In this document: positions 51,201 to 64,000 of the stretch, in pieces
How positions within the stretch are numbered: position 1 is the stretch's first letter
Layout: each line of letters opens with the position of its first letter
Assembly: GCF_006345805.1 (NCBI RefSeq)
Contig: NC_043004.1
Location: 104,842,001 to 104,906,000, forward strand
Direction of reading: 5' to 3'
Length of the DNA: 64,000 nucleotides
Origin: Octopus sinensis
Lineage: Eukaryota
Made by a program: the position numbers and the translations under genes
Notes under the pieces: generated by a model
Told to the model about the DNA's origin: nothing
Database searches by the model: none
The model's input: the letters and a program-made list of their open reading frames with translations, nothing else

Positions 51201-51558
51201 GCATAGATCATGAAGCACAATAAACACATGTATCATACACTCATTGTTTACATGGTGAAAAAGGTGTTTCATAGACAGCACTATTGGCAAACGCCACTGT
51301 CTGAATTCGTACAAAGGCATGACTTTGATAAGCTTAAAAACATTCAAGTAATCGCTAGATCAGTGGTTCTCATGCGACCTTTATATTTTCCTCATCTCCA
51401 AGTACAATAAACACATGCGCCATACGCTCGTCTGTTTATATGGTGAGAAACGTGTTTCACAGACAGCACTATCGGTGAACAACAGTAAACACTACTGTAT
51501 GAATTCGTGCAGAGGCATGACTTCGGTAAGCCTAAAAACATTTAGTTAATCGCCAGAT

Positions 51559-51676
51559 CAGTGGTTCCCAAACTTTTTTGACGCGGAATCCTTCGACATT
51601 ATTTTTAAAAACCTGGAACCCCTGATAACTTTCAGGGAACCCTGGGGTTTTGCAGAACGTATTTTGGGAATCCCTG
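51559..51676. mobile_element. 118 bp hAT MITE
   Basis: TIR CAGTGGTTCCCAAA / TTTGGGAATCCCTG; 8-bp TSD CGCCAGAT / CTCCAGAT (7 of 8). Confidence 0.85.
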
Positions 51677-52099
51677 CTCCAGATTAACGACTCTTACACC
51701 ACATTATGAACATATACTGGTAACTGCACATGAGACCTACGCGGTCTTGTTTATGGGTTTTGTTATTTACGAGGACGAGTGTTTTGATGCATAGAATTGC
51801 TAGTATTACTGTAGTTCATCGTAATTTTGCTTTTACTCGCCTAGAGATCAGTTGAGCTTCTGCTGCTGCTGTGTGTGTGTGTGTATGTAGAAGGTTGAAA
51901 AGGACCACACGAGTTGATATATATGGAAAAAAAGTCAAGGTAGAAAATGCTAAAATAATTTTATAAAAAAAAATTCAGTACCGGTTTCAGCCATTGAGAC
52001 TTTTTCAGCTGTAAGTATGGAAAACAAATAAATTTTGAAAAAATTAAACGAAAAGTTTTTAAAAATATTTGTATAGTATTCAAATACAAAGGGCACACG

Positions 52100-52210
<111 letters not shown>

Positions 52211-52389
52211 GATTCATTTCTGAATTAACAAGGAAACCTAAGGTTTCATGTAAAAAAGACGTCCACAATTTTCAAGCGATTCACTTGGGAATGTTTCTTG
52301 ACGGTTATATGTAATTTATATTATTTTCCCAGTTTACGTTCGAACACAGCATCGCAAATTCCAGCAAAATTTTGAGAAGGCGTTGTGGG

Positions 52390-53000
52390 ATGTCATGGTG
52401 CAAGACAGTTCTTCACATGGACACTCTGTGGACATGCTACCGGACTTTACCTCACTAGACACATCACACTTTTGAAAAGTGGACTTTCTATCATCATGTC
52501 CAAGGAAAATGACAGTGGTTTACAACCAATGAAACAGAAGAACCCAGCCACAAATGGGAACTGCACTTGCAAAGTTATGCTTGTGCTTGGTGAGATATGA
52601 AAGGTGTCGTCTAACATGAAGTGTTGAACGAAAACGTATGAGTTAAAGCGGGGAAGTATTGTCGTCGTTTGGGCGCGTTGTACGAAAATTTGCAGAAAAA
52701 GTGTCCATCATTAGTCAATCGTAAAGATGTGTTGCCATTCCATGATAATATAATACCACATATTGCCCAAGTCATCCAGACACTGACCTTGCTTCTTCTG
52801 ACTGTCATCTTTTCAGCTTTTCAGTTCTTAGAAACGTTATTTAGAGGGAAAACAGTTTATTAGTTTTGAAGAGATTAAAAACGATACTGAGCGATTATTT
52901 GCTTCGAAACTTGAAGAATTTTACGCCCCGGAGATTAACAATTTGCCAAAATAGATTGGATTATGTTATCAATAATGAGGGGTAATATTATCTTGATTAA
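52390..53000 (+). pseudogene. Decayed mariner transposase
   Basis: EKW; W*DMKGVV; NLQKKCPSLVNRKDVL.FHDN..PH; DLASSDCHLF; many stops. Confidence 0.8.
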
Positions 53001-53199
53001 ATATATCAATTAAGACCAAAGCAGCATTTGTTTCTTTCCCGTCGCGAAATGCGACAGGGCTTCCTTTCCAACTTAATATATATATATATATATATATATA
53101 ATAAATGCATGTATTTACGTATGTATTCATATTCACATGCGCACATATACATACACACATAAATATATACACACACACACACATACACATGTATGTATG

Positions 53200-53233
<34 letters not shown>

Positions 53234-53243
53234 TGTATGTATG

Positions 53244-53332
<89 letters not shown>

Positions 53333-54046
53333 TCGTTTTGCTCACTATACTTTTAGATAACATTGATACCGACCAAGATTTCACTTCAGTATCTGCATGA
53401 ATGTTAATCTGAATCGCTGTCAATGATCCACAAGGGATCAACACTTCACCATGTTTGAAGATCTTCCGAGATATGCCTGGATTAAGTTTCACCCGGATAT
53501 CAGTTTGAAAGTACGGTTTTTAAATGGTTTTTTATTTTTTTATTTTTTTGGTATGCATTTGTGTGTTTTAATCAGGTCTCTTGCATTCAGGAAAATCTCG
53601 TATGTCTCCCGCCCCACTCTCTTCAGATAGTCTCCGTTTCGATTCCCGTAATATTTGTATTCTGTTTCCGCCTCTCCCCACAACACCCGCCTTTTCTCTC
53701 TTTCTCTCTCTCTCTCTCTTTCTCTCTTTCTCTCTCCCCATCACGGCAGCAGTCGCTTACTTATCAACAATATCGATACACCGTTTATATCACTCTTTAA
53801 ACAATTACGTTATCTTAGAGGAGAAAATGTAAATGAACGATTCTCAGGAAAAATGAGACAACGCTCAACCCTTAATTTGTGACCTCTCTGAGATTTGTTC
53901 ATTTGTAGAAGTGGTTACAGTTGTTTAGCCTTGAATCGGTTCTGATTGAGTGGCCTTTGGTAAAAGCTTTCCAACCATAGCTATCCAGACATTTTTCCCC
54001 AAAGTATATTGAATTCAAGACAAATAATCCAATAGTCTTATGATTA

Positions 54047-54119
<73 letters not shown>

Positions 54120-54144
54120 TATCATCTCATCATTATTATTATTA

Positions 54145-54200
<56 letters not shown>

Positions 54201-54207
54201 ATTATTA

Positions 54208-54283
<76 letters not shown>

Positions 54284-54317
54284 TTGTCATCATCATCATC
54301 ATCATTATTATTATTAT

Positions 54318-54996
54318 ATGTTTGACTTTTGCTTTATATTTGTACAAGTTGGCTCCAAGTCTCATCCAGAGAGCTCAAGAGACAACAGGCTGGAAGTTCA
54401 CGTTGTTGTTATGCCTAGTGTGCCATATATTTGGTTGTTTTTTGTGTTGTATTAGTGAATGTCTAAAAGAGAAAAAAAAATGTTTGTTTTAAACCTTGAG
54501 ATTACATAGAAAGTATTTTGCGTAGGATATGAGCAGTTCCCGTGAGCACTATCTTTTGAATTTCTGCCATTTTGGTGTTTCCTGGTATCTGAGTTAGGTA
54601 GCAATCAGCCCCTTTTGCTATCATTCCCAGGGCACCTATGACAACAGGTATTGTTTTAGTCTTCAGGTTCCACATTTTGCTCATTTCTATTTCAAGATCT
54701 TTATATTTGCTCAGTTTTTGGTAGGTCTTGATACATACGTTTATATCGATTGGGACAGTCATATCAATGAGGAGGCATGTTCTTTGTTTGAAGTCTTTCA
54801 ATATGATGTCTGGCCTATTTGCATCTATCTTTCTGTCAGTTTGAATGGTGAAGTTCCAGAGGAGTGAGATGTAGTCATTTTCAAGCACTGGGGGTGGTTT
54901 GTGTTCCCACCAGTTTTTTTCATGGGGCAAATCCAGGTTTTTGCAAATTACCCAGTTAATATATTGTGCAGCTCTATCATGCCTGTTGAGATACTC

Positions 54997-54997
<1 letters not shown>
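54318..54997 (-). mobile_element. R4/Dong-clade LINE 3' fragment (RLE domain and 3'UTR) inside (TTA)n arrays
   Basis: LLWNFTIQTDRKIDANRPDIIL..LIDMTVP..KLSKYKDL..VVIGALG. Confidence 0.9.
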
Positions 54998-55084
<87 letters not shown>

Positions 55085-55193
55085 TTATTATTATTATTAT
55101 TATTATTATAATTCTTCTTCTTCTTATATTATTATTATTATTATAATTATTCTTCTTCTTCTTCTTCTTCTTCTTCTTCTTCTTCTTCTTCTT

Positions 55194-55288
<95 letters not shown>

Positions 55289-55290
55289 CA

Positions 55291-55730
55291 AGGCGGTGAG
55301 CTGGCAGAAACGTTAGCACGTTGGGCTAAATGATTAGCGGTATTTTGTCTGCCGCTACGTTCTGAATTCAAATTCCGCCGTGGTTGCCTTTACCTTTCAT
55401 CCTTTCGGGATCGATAAATTAAGTACCTGTTGAACACTGGGGTCAATGTAATCGACACATTCCCTCCCCTAAAATGGCTGCCCTTGTGAAAGAATTTGAA
55501 ACCATTATTCAGGTGGCAAGCTGGCAGAATCGTTTGGACGCAGGACGAAATGCTTAGCGATATTTTGTCTGCTGCGACGTTCTGAGTTCAAATTCCGCCG
55601 AGGCCGACTTTAACTTTCATCCTTTCGGGTATCAATAAAATAAGTACCAGTTGAGAACCACTGGGGTCAATGTAATTGACTATCCTCCTCCCCAAAATTT
55701 CAGGCCTTGTGCCTATAGTAGAAAGGATTA
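55291..55730 (+). mobile_element. Two tandem SINE family B copies
   Basis: Family B motifs. Confidence 0.85.
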
Positions 55731-55739
55731 TTATTATTA

Positions 55740-56102
55740 TCTATATGTATAAACGGCAAAATGTCTGTCTGTGTGTGTCCTTTATACAAATCCACAATTT
55801 TTCAGTTAGAGGGCTCGCACTTTCTATGGTCATTCAAAACCGTCCAAGGGTGCTCGTGCACATCTTTACATTTCCCCAGTCACCCCACAAAGCCATTAAA
55901 AAATCAATAGAAGTGACTTTTTGTGAATTTTCTATTCAAAACCCAATCAAAATGCCCGAAACTTGATACGCCAATTGAATGTCAGCTAGCTGTATGTGAT
56001 TGGTCGGAGATTTGGACAGTACTCGCGTGTATGTGCGCACGCACGCAGCTGTATATGCATGCACTAGCACTATGACCCGGCGTTGCTGGGTCATAGTGCT
56101 AG
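55740..56102 (+). mobile_element. Non-autonomous Helitron-like element
   Basis: A|TC 5' end, subterminal hairpin, CTAG|T 3' end, no TSD. Confidence 0.75.
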
Positions 56103-56234
56103 TTGTTGTTGTTGTTGTTGTTGTAGTTGTTGTTATTATCAATATTCTCTCTTTACCACAGGTTTTGTTGGAGCTCCTGGAGTCTTGCATGCGTAGCAGG
56201 CTTGCTGCCTGCAGCCTATGGTAGCATGCTATCC

Positions 56235-56455
56235 ATTCTTTTCAGCTATTTAATACATTACTGATTATTCTGGCCGTGCCAAGGAGGGAAACCTTTTGTA
56301 ACAACAGTTCTACTGGGCACTCTATTCCAATTTCCTTTATATTCCTCTTGATGCCTTGTAATACTGTTCCCAAGGACCCAACAATAATTGGCACTATCTT
56401 CACCTTCTTTATTCTCCGTAGCCGAGCTATTTCGTACTTAAGAGAGTTGTATCTA

Positions 56456-56518
<63 letters not shown>

Positions 56519-57290
56519 GTCTGTCTGTCTGTCTGTCTGTTGTCTGTCTGCCTGCCTGTCTGTCTGTGTGTCTTTTCGCCTTCTTTTTTGACTATTCGTG
56601 GGTTAAATGGGCATGCAACCTCAATTATATAGCATAAGTCCGGTCTGTTATGCCCTAGTACCTGATTTGTTTGGATTGAGAAATCCGAGAGGATTTTGTT
56701 AGTCTCCCATTCTGCCACACTCTCTGCGGTTTGTGCTCAGACCACGTCTTGCCTCCCTCTAGCCTCCACTTTTCGCGCAGTTTCCAATGTAGCACTTTCG
56801 TTACCTGGTCGTGTCGCCACAACTTGTAGTGGTTCTGAGCAAGTTTAGGGCATTGTTCGTGATATGGACAATGGTTTCATCCACTCTACTGTAGATGCAG
56901 CGCAGCAGAGACACTTACTCATTCCTACGGTTGACCCTCCAGTTTGTGGCCAAAGCTTGGTCCTACGCTTCCACTATAGTGCTCTCGGTCTCTTATTTTA
57001 GGGTTTCTTTCATCAGCCGATCCCACCTATTTTTTTCCAGTTACTTCTGCTGTGGCTACATGGAATTGATTGTGTAGTCCTTTCTTGCGTAGTTCTTCTT
57101 CATATTCTATTTGTATTCCTTCTTTCGTTTTCCTTTTTTTCCTCTGCTCTCAATAGTCCCTCATTCCCAACTGTCACTAGCAAGGATTCCTTACTCTTGG
57201 CTAGGTATCTCATTAAGCCCTCGAGTTCGATACGCACGCAGTCCCCTTCCTCCTATAATCATTTTGTGGGGAGTATGTTGTTATTAAGGG
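56235..57290 (-). mobile_element. Third R4/Dong-clade LINE, old, interrupted by (TCTA/TCTG)n
   Basis: DQVTKVLHWKL; KILSDFSIQT..HNRPDL; IVGSLG; LLGTARII. Confidence 0.75.
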
Positions 57291-57829
57291 GGAATTGGCT
57301 GCTGTATCTAACAAATCATGTGACCGTATAAACGTTTTATCTTTGACTTGTTATTTGTGTTACTGTTGTTGTTAACCTTTGTCCTATCCTAATCAGTTTG
57401 CCCAAAGACATTCCAGCCACGACCATCCATCTTTCTCAAGGTAAGTAGGACTGCATTATCGAAAAGAGGTATACCACCCATTTTCCGGACACTAATAATC
57501 CGAAGCCTCTATTAGACTTATAGGCAGAATTTGAACACTTATTGTAAATACGGACGAAATGCCACTAAGCATTTTGTCCGGCGTGCTAACGATTCTGCCA
57601 GCATGTCGCCTTTATTAAAACAGTAATAATGAACTAAAAAAATAGCTCCCCGTCCCATCGATTTTGCCTTGCTCCTGCAGCTGGCGAACCACACTCCACA
57701 ATGTCTGCTACTTACTTACATCCTTTGCTCCTTATGAAGCACAGATCATCGACGACTTTTCTCCCCTGTTCTCAACTCGGGGCTATCTTTCCTGGGGGCA
57801 AGGTCTTTCCCTCCCAGGTCTGGCTGATT

Positions 57830-58180
57830 TTGGATTGTCATCGATACTTTATATCCTTAAGAAGTGGGAGGAGCTTTCTGTTCCTATAAATGAATGTCTA
57901 ATGACTCTACGATTCCACCTGAAAAGTGGGCGGTTTGCTACTCTAATAAGTGCCTATGCACCTACCTTGACTAGTCGTGATGAAGATAAAACTATTTTTT
58001 ATACCCAGCTGATAACCATACTTAGGAAAATCCCCAATTCTGATAAAGTCATTCTACTGGGGGATGTCAATGCCGGGGTTGGAACATACTGGCAAACATA
58101 GAACTCTCCAGGACGTATTGGTGCTGCTCGAAAGCGCATTGCTGGTGTAGTGAATGGGGAAAGCTTGGTTTGCAATGTTT
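57830..58180 (+). pseudogene. RTE-clade APE endonuclease fragment
   Basis: MTLRFHL..RFATLISAYAPTL..FY..L..KVILLGDVNAGVG. Confidence 0.85.
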
Positions 58181-58254
58181 ACAGTCGTGTATGCTTGTCA
58201 AGAGCAGGACTCACGAGCCACCAACGGAGCCGTAAATGCAAAATATAAGTTAGT

Positions 58255-59008
58255 TGTATGTATGCATGCATGTATGTATGTATGTATGTATGTATGTATG
58301 TATGTATGTATGTATGTATGTATGTATGCATGTATGTATGTATGTATGTATGTATGTATGTATGTATGTATGTATGCATGCATGCATGCATGCATGTATG
58401 TATGCATGTATGTATGTATGTATGCATGTATGTATGTATGTATGTATGTATGCATGCATGCATGTATGTATGTATGCATGTATGTATGTATGTATGCATG
58501 CATGCATGTATGTATGCATGCATGCATGCATGTATGTATGTATGTATGTATGCATGCATGTATGTATATATGCATGCATGTATGTATGTATGTATGCATG
58601 CATGTATGTATGTGTGTGTGTATGTATGTATGTGTATGTATGTATGTATGTATGTATGTATGCATGCATGTATGTATGCATGCATGTATGTATGTATGTA
58701 TGTATGTATGTATATGTATGTATGTATGTATGCATGCATGTATGTGTGTGTGTATGTATGTATGTATGTATGTATGTATGCATGCATGTATGTATGTATG
58801 CATGCATGTATGTATGTGTGTGTGTATGTATGTATGTATGTATGCATGCATGCATGCATGTATGTATGTATGTATGTATGTATGCATGCATGTATGTATG
58901 TATGTATGTATGTATGCATGTATGTATGTATGTATGTATGTATGCATGTATGTATGTATGCATGCATGTATGTATGTATGCATGCATGTATGTATGTATG
59001 TATGTATG

Positions 59009-59039
<31 letters not shown>

Positions 59040-59060
59040 GAATGTATGTATGTATGTATT
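58255..59060. repeat. ~800 bp (TATG/CATG)n array
   Basis: Direct inspection. Confidence 0.97.
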
Positions 59061-59229
59061 ACTGTGTAGTACTTTGGGCAAATGTCTTTTACTATAGCCT
59101 TGGGCCGACCAAAGTCTTGTGAGTGGACTTGGTAGATGGAAACTGAAAGAAGTCCGCCGTATGTGTGTGCATGTGTGTGTGTGTGTGTGTGTTTCTCACC
59201 CACAGCTGCTTGAGAGTCGGTGTTGATGT

Positions 59230-59281
<52 letters not shown>

Positions 59282-59284
<3 letters not shown>

Positions 59285-59783
59285 GGGGCTGGACAAAATA
59301 ATGGAAACACCTAGCATCATAGCATCATAATCTTGAATATCTATAAAATCGTCAAAACCTTGTTTATTTTTATGTTTTTTTTATTTACTATTAGTGCTGC
59401 TTAATATGTTTTGCTAAAATTACTGTTTCTTTCCAGATATCATCAGAAAAAGGGAATTAAAATTCATTACAATGACAGATTTATCGGACTTTCAAAGAGC
59501 TCAAATTGTTGGTGCTCGTATGGCAGGCGCTAGCGTAACGGAAACAGCCGAAATGTTTGGTATATCAAGAAGGACTGTCTCGAAAGTAATGGCAGCCTTT
59601 GAGATAGATGGAAAAACCTCCCCGTCGAAACAAAACTCCGGAAGAAAACCAAAACTTTCAGGTAGGGACCGTCGGACTCTTACGCGAATTGTTAGAAAGG
59701 ATCACAAAAGTACAGCGCTCAAAATTACTGCAGAGCTTAATGACCACCTCGAGAACCCTGTTTCCACAAAAACTGTTCGCCGG
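59282..59783 (+). mobile_element. Tc1-like transposon 5' part (TIR plus paired-type HTH DNA-binding domain), truncated
   Basis: TA-CAGGGGGCTGGACAAAATAATGGAAACACC end; MTDLSDFQRAQIVGARMAGASVTETAEMFGISRRTVSKV...GRKPKLS.RDRR.L.R.V. Confidence 0.88.
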
Positions 59784-60118
59784 CTCTCAATAATACCAGT
59801 ATGGAAAAACGGCGGTGCCCCAGCATGGCCACAACTTTGAACTGAAACTGATAAAACAATAAAATGATATGTGTGTGTGCATGTGTGTGTGTGGGGGGGG
59901 GGCAGCTTTTGGTTTTATCTATCCGAAAGGATATTTGAATCTAATGTTTACGTGCTATTATTTATAGCTTTATGTGCTTCGAGATCGACTGCTCCAAAAA
60001 ATTAATTTTCTTTCTGTTGTTACAATCAGTTGTAACATTATCCCAAAAGAAGTCGAAGAAAACGATCCCATCACCTTCATACAAAACTTGGATAAATTTG
60101 TTCAAGGGATATGTATAC

Positions 60119-60339
60119 TCTTACTCTTTACTCTTTTACTTATTTCAGTCATTTGACTGCGGCCACGCTGGAGCACCGCCTTTAATCGAGCAACTCGACC
60201 CCGGGACTTATTCTTTTGTAAGCCCAGTACTTATTCTATCGGTCTCTTTTGCCGAACCGCTATGTAACGGGGACATAAACACACCAGCATCGGTTGTCAA
60301 GCAATGCTAGGGGGACAAACAGACACACAAACACACACA

Positions 60340-60376
<37 letters not shown>

Positions 60377-60535
60377 GACGGGCTTCTTTCAGTTTCCGTC
60401 TACCAAATCCACTCACAAGGCTTTGGTCGGCCCGAGGCTATAGTAGAAGACACTTGCCCAAGATGCCACGCAGTGGGAACCCGGAACCATGTGGTTGGTA
60501 AGCAAGCTACTTACCACACAGCCACTCCTGCGCCT
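60119..60535 (-). mobile_element. Full-length SINE family A
   Basis: Family A layout. Confidence 0.9.
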
Positions 60536-60878
60536 ATATGTGACCTAGAATAAATTCTGTATGTGACACAGAATAAATTTTTTTTTTTAATTGTGTAGAA
60601 GGAAAAAAGTGAGAAAAATACCTGCAAGAAAAATTAAACGGGATAATAAAGTGTAAAAAAAAAAAGACAGAAAAGGGCCAAGAATAAATTGAGAGACATA
60701 TTTCAGGAGACGCAAAAGTGGCAAACTACGAAACGGAGAAACTGAGAGAGATACGGATAGGAATTGGTAAATAGTACAAGAATTAAAACTAAATTAAGGA
60801 AGTAGAAATTAAGTTATTGAAATTGTGAACTAAATAAAGAATGGAAAAAGAGAGAAATAAAAGAGGCGGAAAGATTAC

Positions 60879-60915
<37 letters not shown>

Positions 60916-61189
60916 AGAGAGAAAGCGGGAAAAACAGGAGCGTGAGATGTAAATAAAACGAGGAAATAAGGAAGGAAATATTGAAGAAAAAGTGAAAGGG
61001 AATGTGTGGGAGATTTGTTTATCTAAATATAGAAAGAGAAAACTAAGAAAGAGAGCGAGAGAAGCGGTGAGAGAGATAGGGGGAGATGGAGTGGCGCAGA
61101 GGGTGTTGGGGAGAGGGAGAGAGGCAGATTAATTAATGATGACAAGAATGAAACGAAAATATGCAAAAATTAACCATAATAACCCCCTT

Positions 61190-61369
61190 TCTACTAAAGG
61201 CACAATGCTTGAAATTTTGACGGAGGGGACTGGTCGATTACATCGACCCCCCCCCCCAGTGCTTCACTGGTGTTTATTTCAAGAATCCCACAAGGATGAA
61301 AGGCAAAGCTGACCTCGGAGGAGTTTGAACCCAGAACGTAGCGACGGGCGAAATACAGCTAAGTATTTC

Positions 61370-61370
<1 letters not shown>
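61190..61370 (-). mobile_element. SINE family B; further diverged copies at ~61845-62035 and ~62050-62195
   Basis: Family B motifs. Confidence 0.75.
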
Positions 61371-61436
<66 letters not shown>

Positions 61437-61465
61437 ATAATAATAATGATAATAATTAATTAATT

Positions 61466-61707
61466 CTGGTTTATTGGCCACAAGGGCTAACAAAAATCAA
61501 ATAAAACATGTAAGGATAAATACGGGACGAAAAGTCCAAAGGGTTTTGTCCGAAAGAAAGGTCCGTGTAAACATTCAAAATAACAACGAAAAATATAACA
61601 AATAAAACTCCCAATAGGGGGTGGCGCTTCGAAAGGTTACTCGTGGAAAACCCCATAAAAGCCACGGGAGCCTGGTCGAAAAGGGGTAGAGAGCCCCTTC
61701 ACCCACT

Positions 61708-61710
<3 letters not shown>
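61466..61710 (-). mobile_element. Retroposon 3'UTR-like fragment between (TAA)n arrays
   Basis: T-rich on the minus strand, ending GTTAGCCCTTGTGGCCAATAAA, similar to the long family B SINE terminus. Confidence 0.45.
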
Positions 61711-61770
<60 letters not shown>

Positions 61771-62339
61771 TAATAATAATAACAACAACAACAACAACAA
61801 CTACAATAATAATAGTAACAATAATAATAATAATAATCCTTATAGATACAAGGAGTGAAATTTTGGGGGAGTAGTAGGGGGGGCTAGTCAAGTTCAAGTA
61901 GTACTTATTTAATCCACCCTGGAAGGATGAAAGATAAAGTCGACCTCGGCGGAATTTGAACTCAGGACGTTGTTAAGTCAGAAGAAATTCTGCGAAGTAT
62001 GCATTTGGTGATGATTTTGTCAGCTCGTCACCTTAATTAATTAAGGGTTTCTATTATAGGCACAAGGCATGAAATTTTGTGAGAGTGGGGGGTATTCAGT
62101 CGATCACAGTGCTCTTAACTGGTACTATTTTATCGGACCGAGAGGATGCAAGGATAAGAATTTGAACTCGGCAGGAAGAAATGCCACTATAAAATAAAGA
62201 CGAGATGAGAGAGACATCAAAATATACCATTCTGTGGGAAGCAGGGATGGTACCGAGTCGATCTATTTTCAGACCTTTAAATGACTCGCTTCCTTTATTT
62301 ATTAATACAATATGTTTGTCGTGGGTGGAAGACATATTG

Positions 62340-62870
62340 AGTAAAGGGAAATAACTAAAATAAGTAACAAGCAGTAAGTGGGAAGGGGATGGTGGGAGAC
62401 CGAGAAAGGAGGAGAGGAGGGTGCGAAAGAGACAGATAGAGAAAGTGAAAGGGAGAAAGAGAGAGGAAGAAAGCGGAGAAGGAGAGAGTCAGAGAAAGCG
62501 AAACACAGAAAGACAGAGAAAGAGAAACGGAAAGAGAGAGAGAGACAATGAAGAAAAACGGAGGAAAATAAAGAGGAAGAGAGGCAAAATAGACTGAGAG
62601 AAAAAAAGAGAAGGTGGATAAACAGAGCAAGAAAGAGAGAGAGAGAGAAATAGGAACCAAGAGCGATAGCGAGAAAGAGAGAGAGAGAAATAGGAACCGA
62701 GAGCGATAGTGAGAGAGAGACGATAAAAACCGATATCAAAAGAGAAAGAGAGGGCGATAGCGAGAGATGATAAAAACCCGATAGGAGAAGAGAAAGAGAG
62801 ACAGGGATAGAGAGAGAGAGAGAGGGAAAGAGATGAAAGAGGTGGAGGAAGGAAAGAAAGAGGAGGAGGC
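62340..62870. repeat. GA-rich low-complexity tract
   Basis: Purine-only runs; explains the stop-free Leu/Ser ORFs. Confidence 0.85.
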
Positions 62871-63271
62871 TCATATAATAAAAATAACACACGTTGCAAA
62901 ATAATGTTTAAAATATTTAATAACTGATGTCGCTGCATTGGCAAAGAGCAGAAAGCTATTCTATTTATGCGAATGAATGTCGAAAATATGTAGGATATGC
63001 AATTAAAAATAAATATACCAGTGTGACTGACATCGGCGCACTTGTAGAACGCCCACCTTCCCTTGCCCTTATCTTTCCAGAAGGGATTCATTCAGAAATG
63101 TCAAAGAGACCTTTAATTTTTAAATTTTTTTTCTTTATTTCCCGGATTTGTTTAAGATCCTTTAAACAAACATTGCGAATGTATAGGGGTTTGTTTATTT
63201 AGCCCTAGGTGAAACGTGGTCTAGTAAACCCATGAACAAAAGCGTTCCAGCTGTGCCCATCCTGTCATAAG

Positions 63272-63487
63272 GTAGTAACGCCGGGCGAAATGCTTAGCAG
63301 TATTTCGTCTGCCGCTACGTTCTGAGTTCAAATTCCGCCGAGGTCGACTTTACCTTTCATCCTTTCGGGGTCGATAAATTAAGTACCAGTTACGCACTGG
63401 GGTCGATATAATCGAATTAATCCGTTTGTCTGTCCTTGTTTGTCTTCTCTGTGTTTGGCCCCTTGTGGGTAGCAAAGAAATAGGTAT
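63272..63487 (+). mobile_element. SINE family B, long-tailed variant
   Basis: Family B motifs plus GCCCCTTGTGGGTAGCAAAGAAATA terminus. Confidence 0.85.
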
Positions 63488-63549
63488 TAAAGACAACAAT
63501 ATCTAATAATGCATCTTTTTATTCTTTTCTTTTTTTTCTTCTTAAACTT

Positions 63550-63935
63550 GGCTGCTGGGGGAAGAAGCTTGCTTTGGAACTATGTAGTTACGGGTTCAAT
63601 TCCACTTCAAAGCAACTTGGTCATGTGTCTTTTACTACAGCTCCATATCAACCACTGACATATGAGAGAATTTAGTAAACGGAAACTGTATGGAAGCCTG
63701 CCTTATACATATATATATTTGTGTGTGTGTCTTTCTGTCTGAGTTTGTCCCCACCACCGCTTAACGACAGATGTTGGTTTTTACTCTTTTACTCTTTTAC
63801 TTGTTTCAATCATTTGACTGCGGCCATGCTGGAGCACTGCCTTTAGTCGAGCAAATCGACCCCAGGACTTATTCTTTGGAAGCACGTCACCATCGGTTGT
63901 CAAGCGATGTTGGGGTGGGGACAAACACAGACAAA
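63550..63935. mobile_element. Old family A copy (+) head-to-head with a family A 3' half (-)
   Basis: Family A motifs in both orientations. Confidence 0.65.
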
Positions 63936-64000
63936 ACATATACACACACACTACATACTATATATATATATAATATATATATATATTATATTATATATAT

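Noticed and set aside
63062-63202. Polypyrimidine-CAG acceptor followed by a short open frame
   Set aside because: T-rich, no convincing donor, no homology recognised.

Overview
AT-rich eukaryotic DNA that is almost entirely repetitive. It is most likely from a coleoid cephalopod (Octopus-like), judged from its tRNA-derived SINE families and extreme microsatellite load; this is recall-based inference, not a database hit. No multi-exon host gene can be assembled. Nearly all ORFs in the supplied track are microsatellite read-through or decayed transposon pieces. Recognisable coding relics: two CR1-like LINE families (one with a near-complete ORF2), three R4/Dong-type RLE LINEs beside (TAA)n, Tx1/L1-like and RTE fragments, a Penelope-like RT, two mariner relics and a Tc1 N-terminus. 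There are also hAT and mariner MITEs, Helitron-like elements, four SINE families and a local ~1.1 kb duplication. A CpG-rich promoter-like island lies at ~21.85-22.18 kb, with weak exon candidates near 2.0-2.5 kb. The most notable signal, found by reading both strands, is a set of hammerhead-ribozyme motifs in short non-coding elements of unrelated sequence. These are a fully paired type I hammerhead (45812-45858, minus strand), one inside a 30-bp inverted-repeat-bounded element (9317-9549), an apparently non-circularly permuted hammerhead (33408-33468) and several variant or decayed copies. They co-occur with a Penelope-like RT, suggesting a retrozyme-like parasite system. All pairings were checked by eye; no folding, search or assay was run. 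Coordinates of decayed repeats are approximate.
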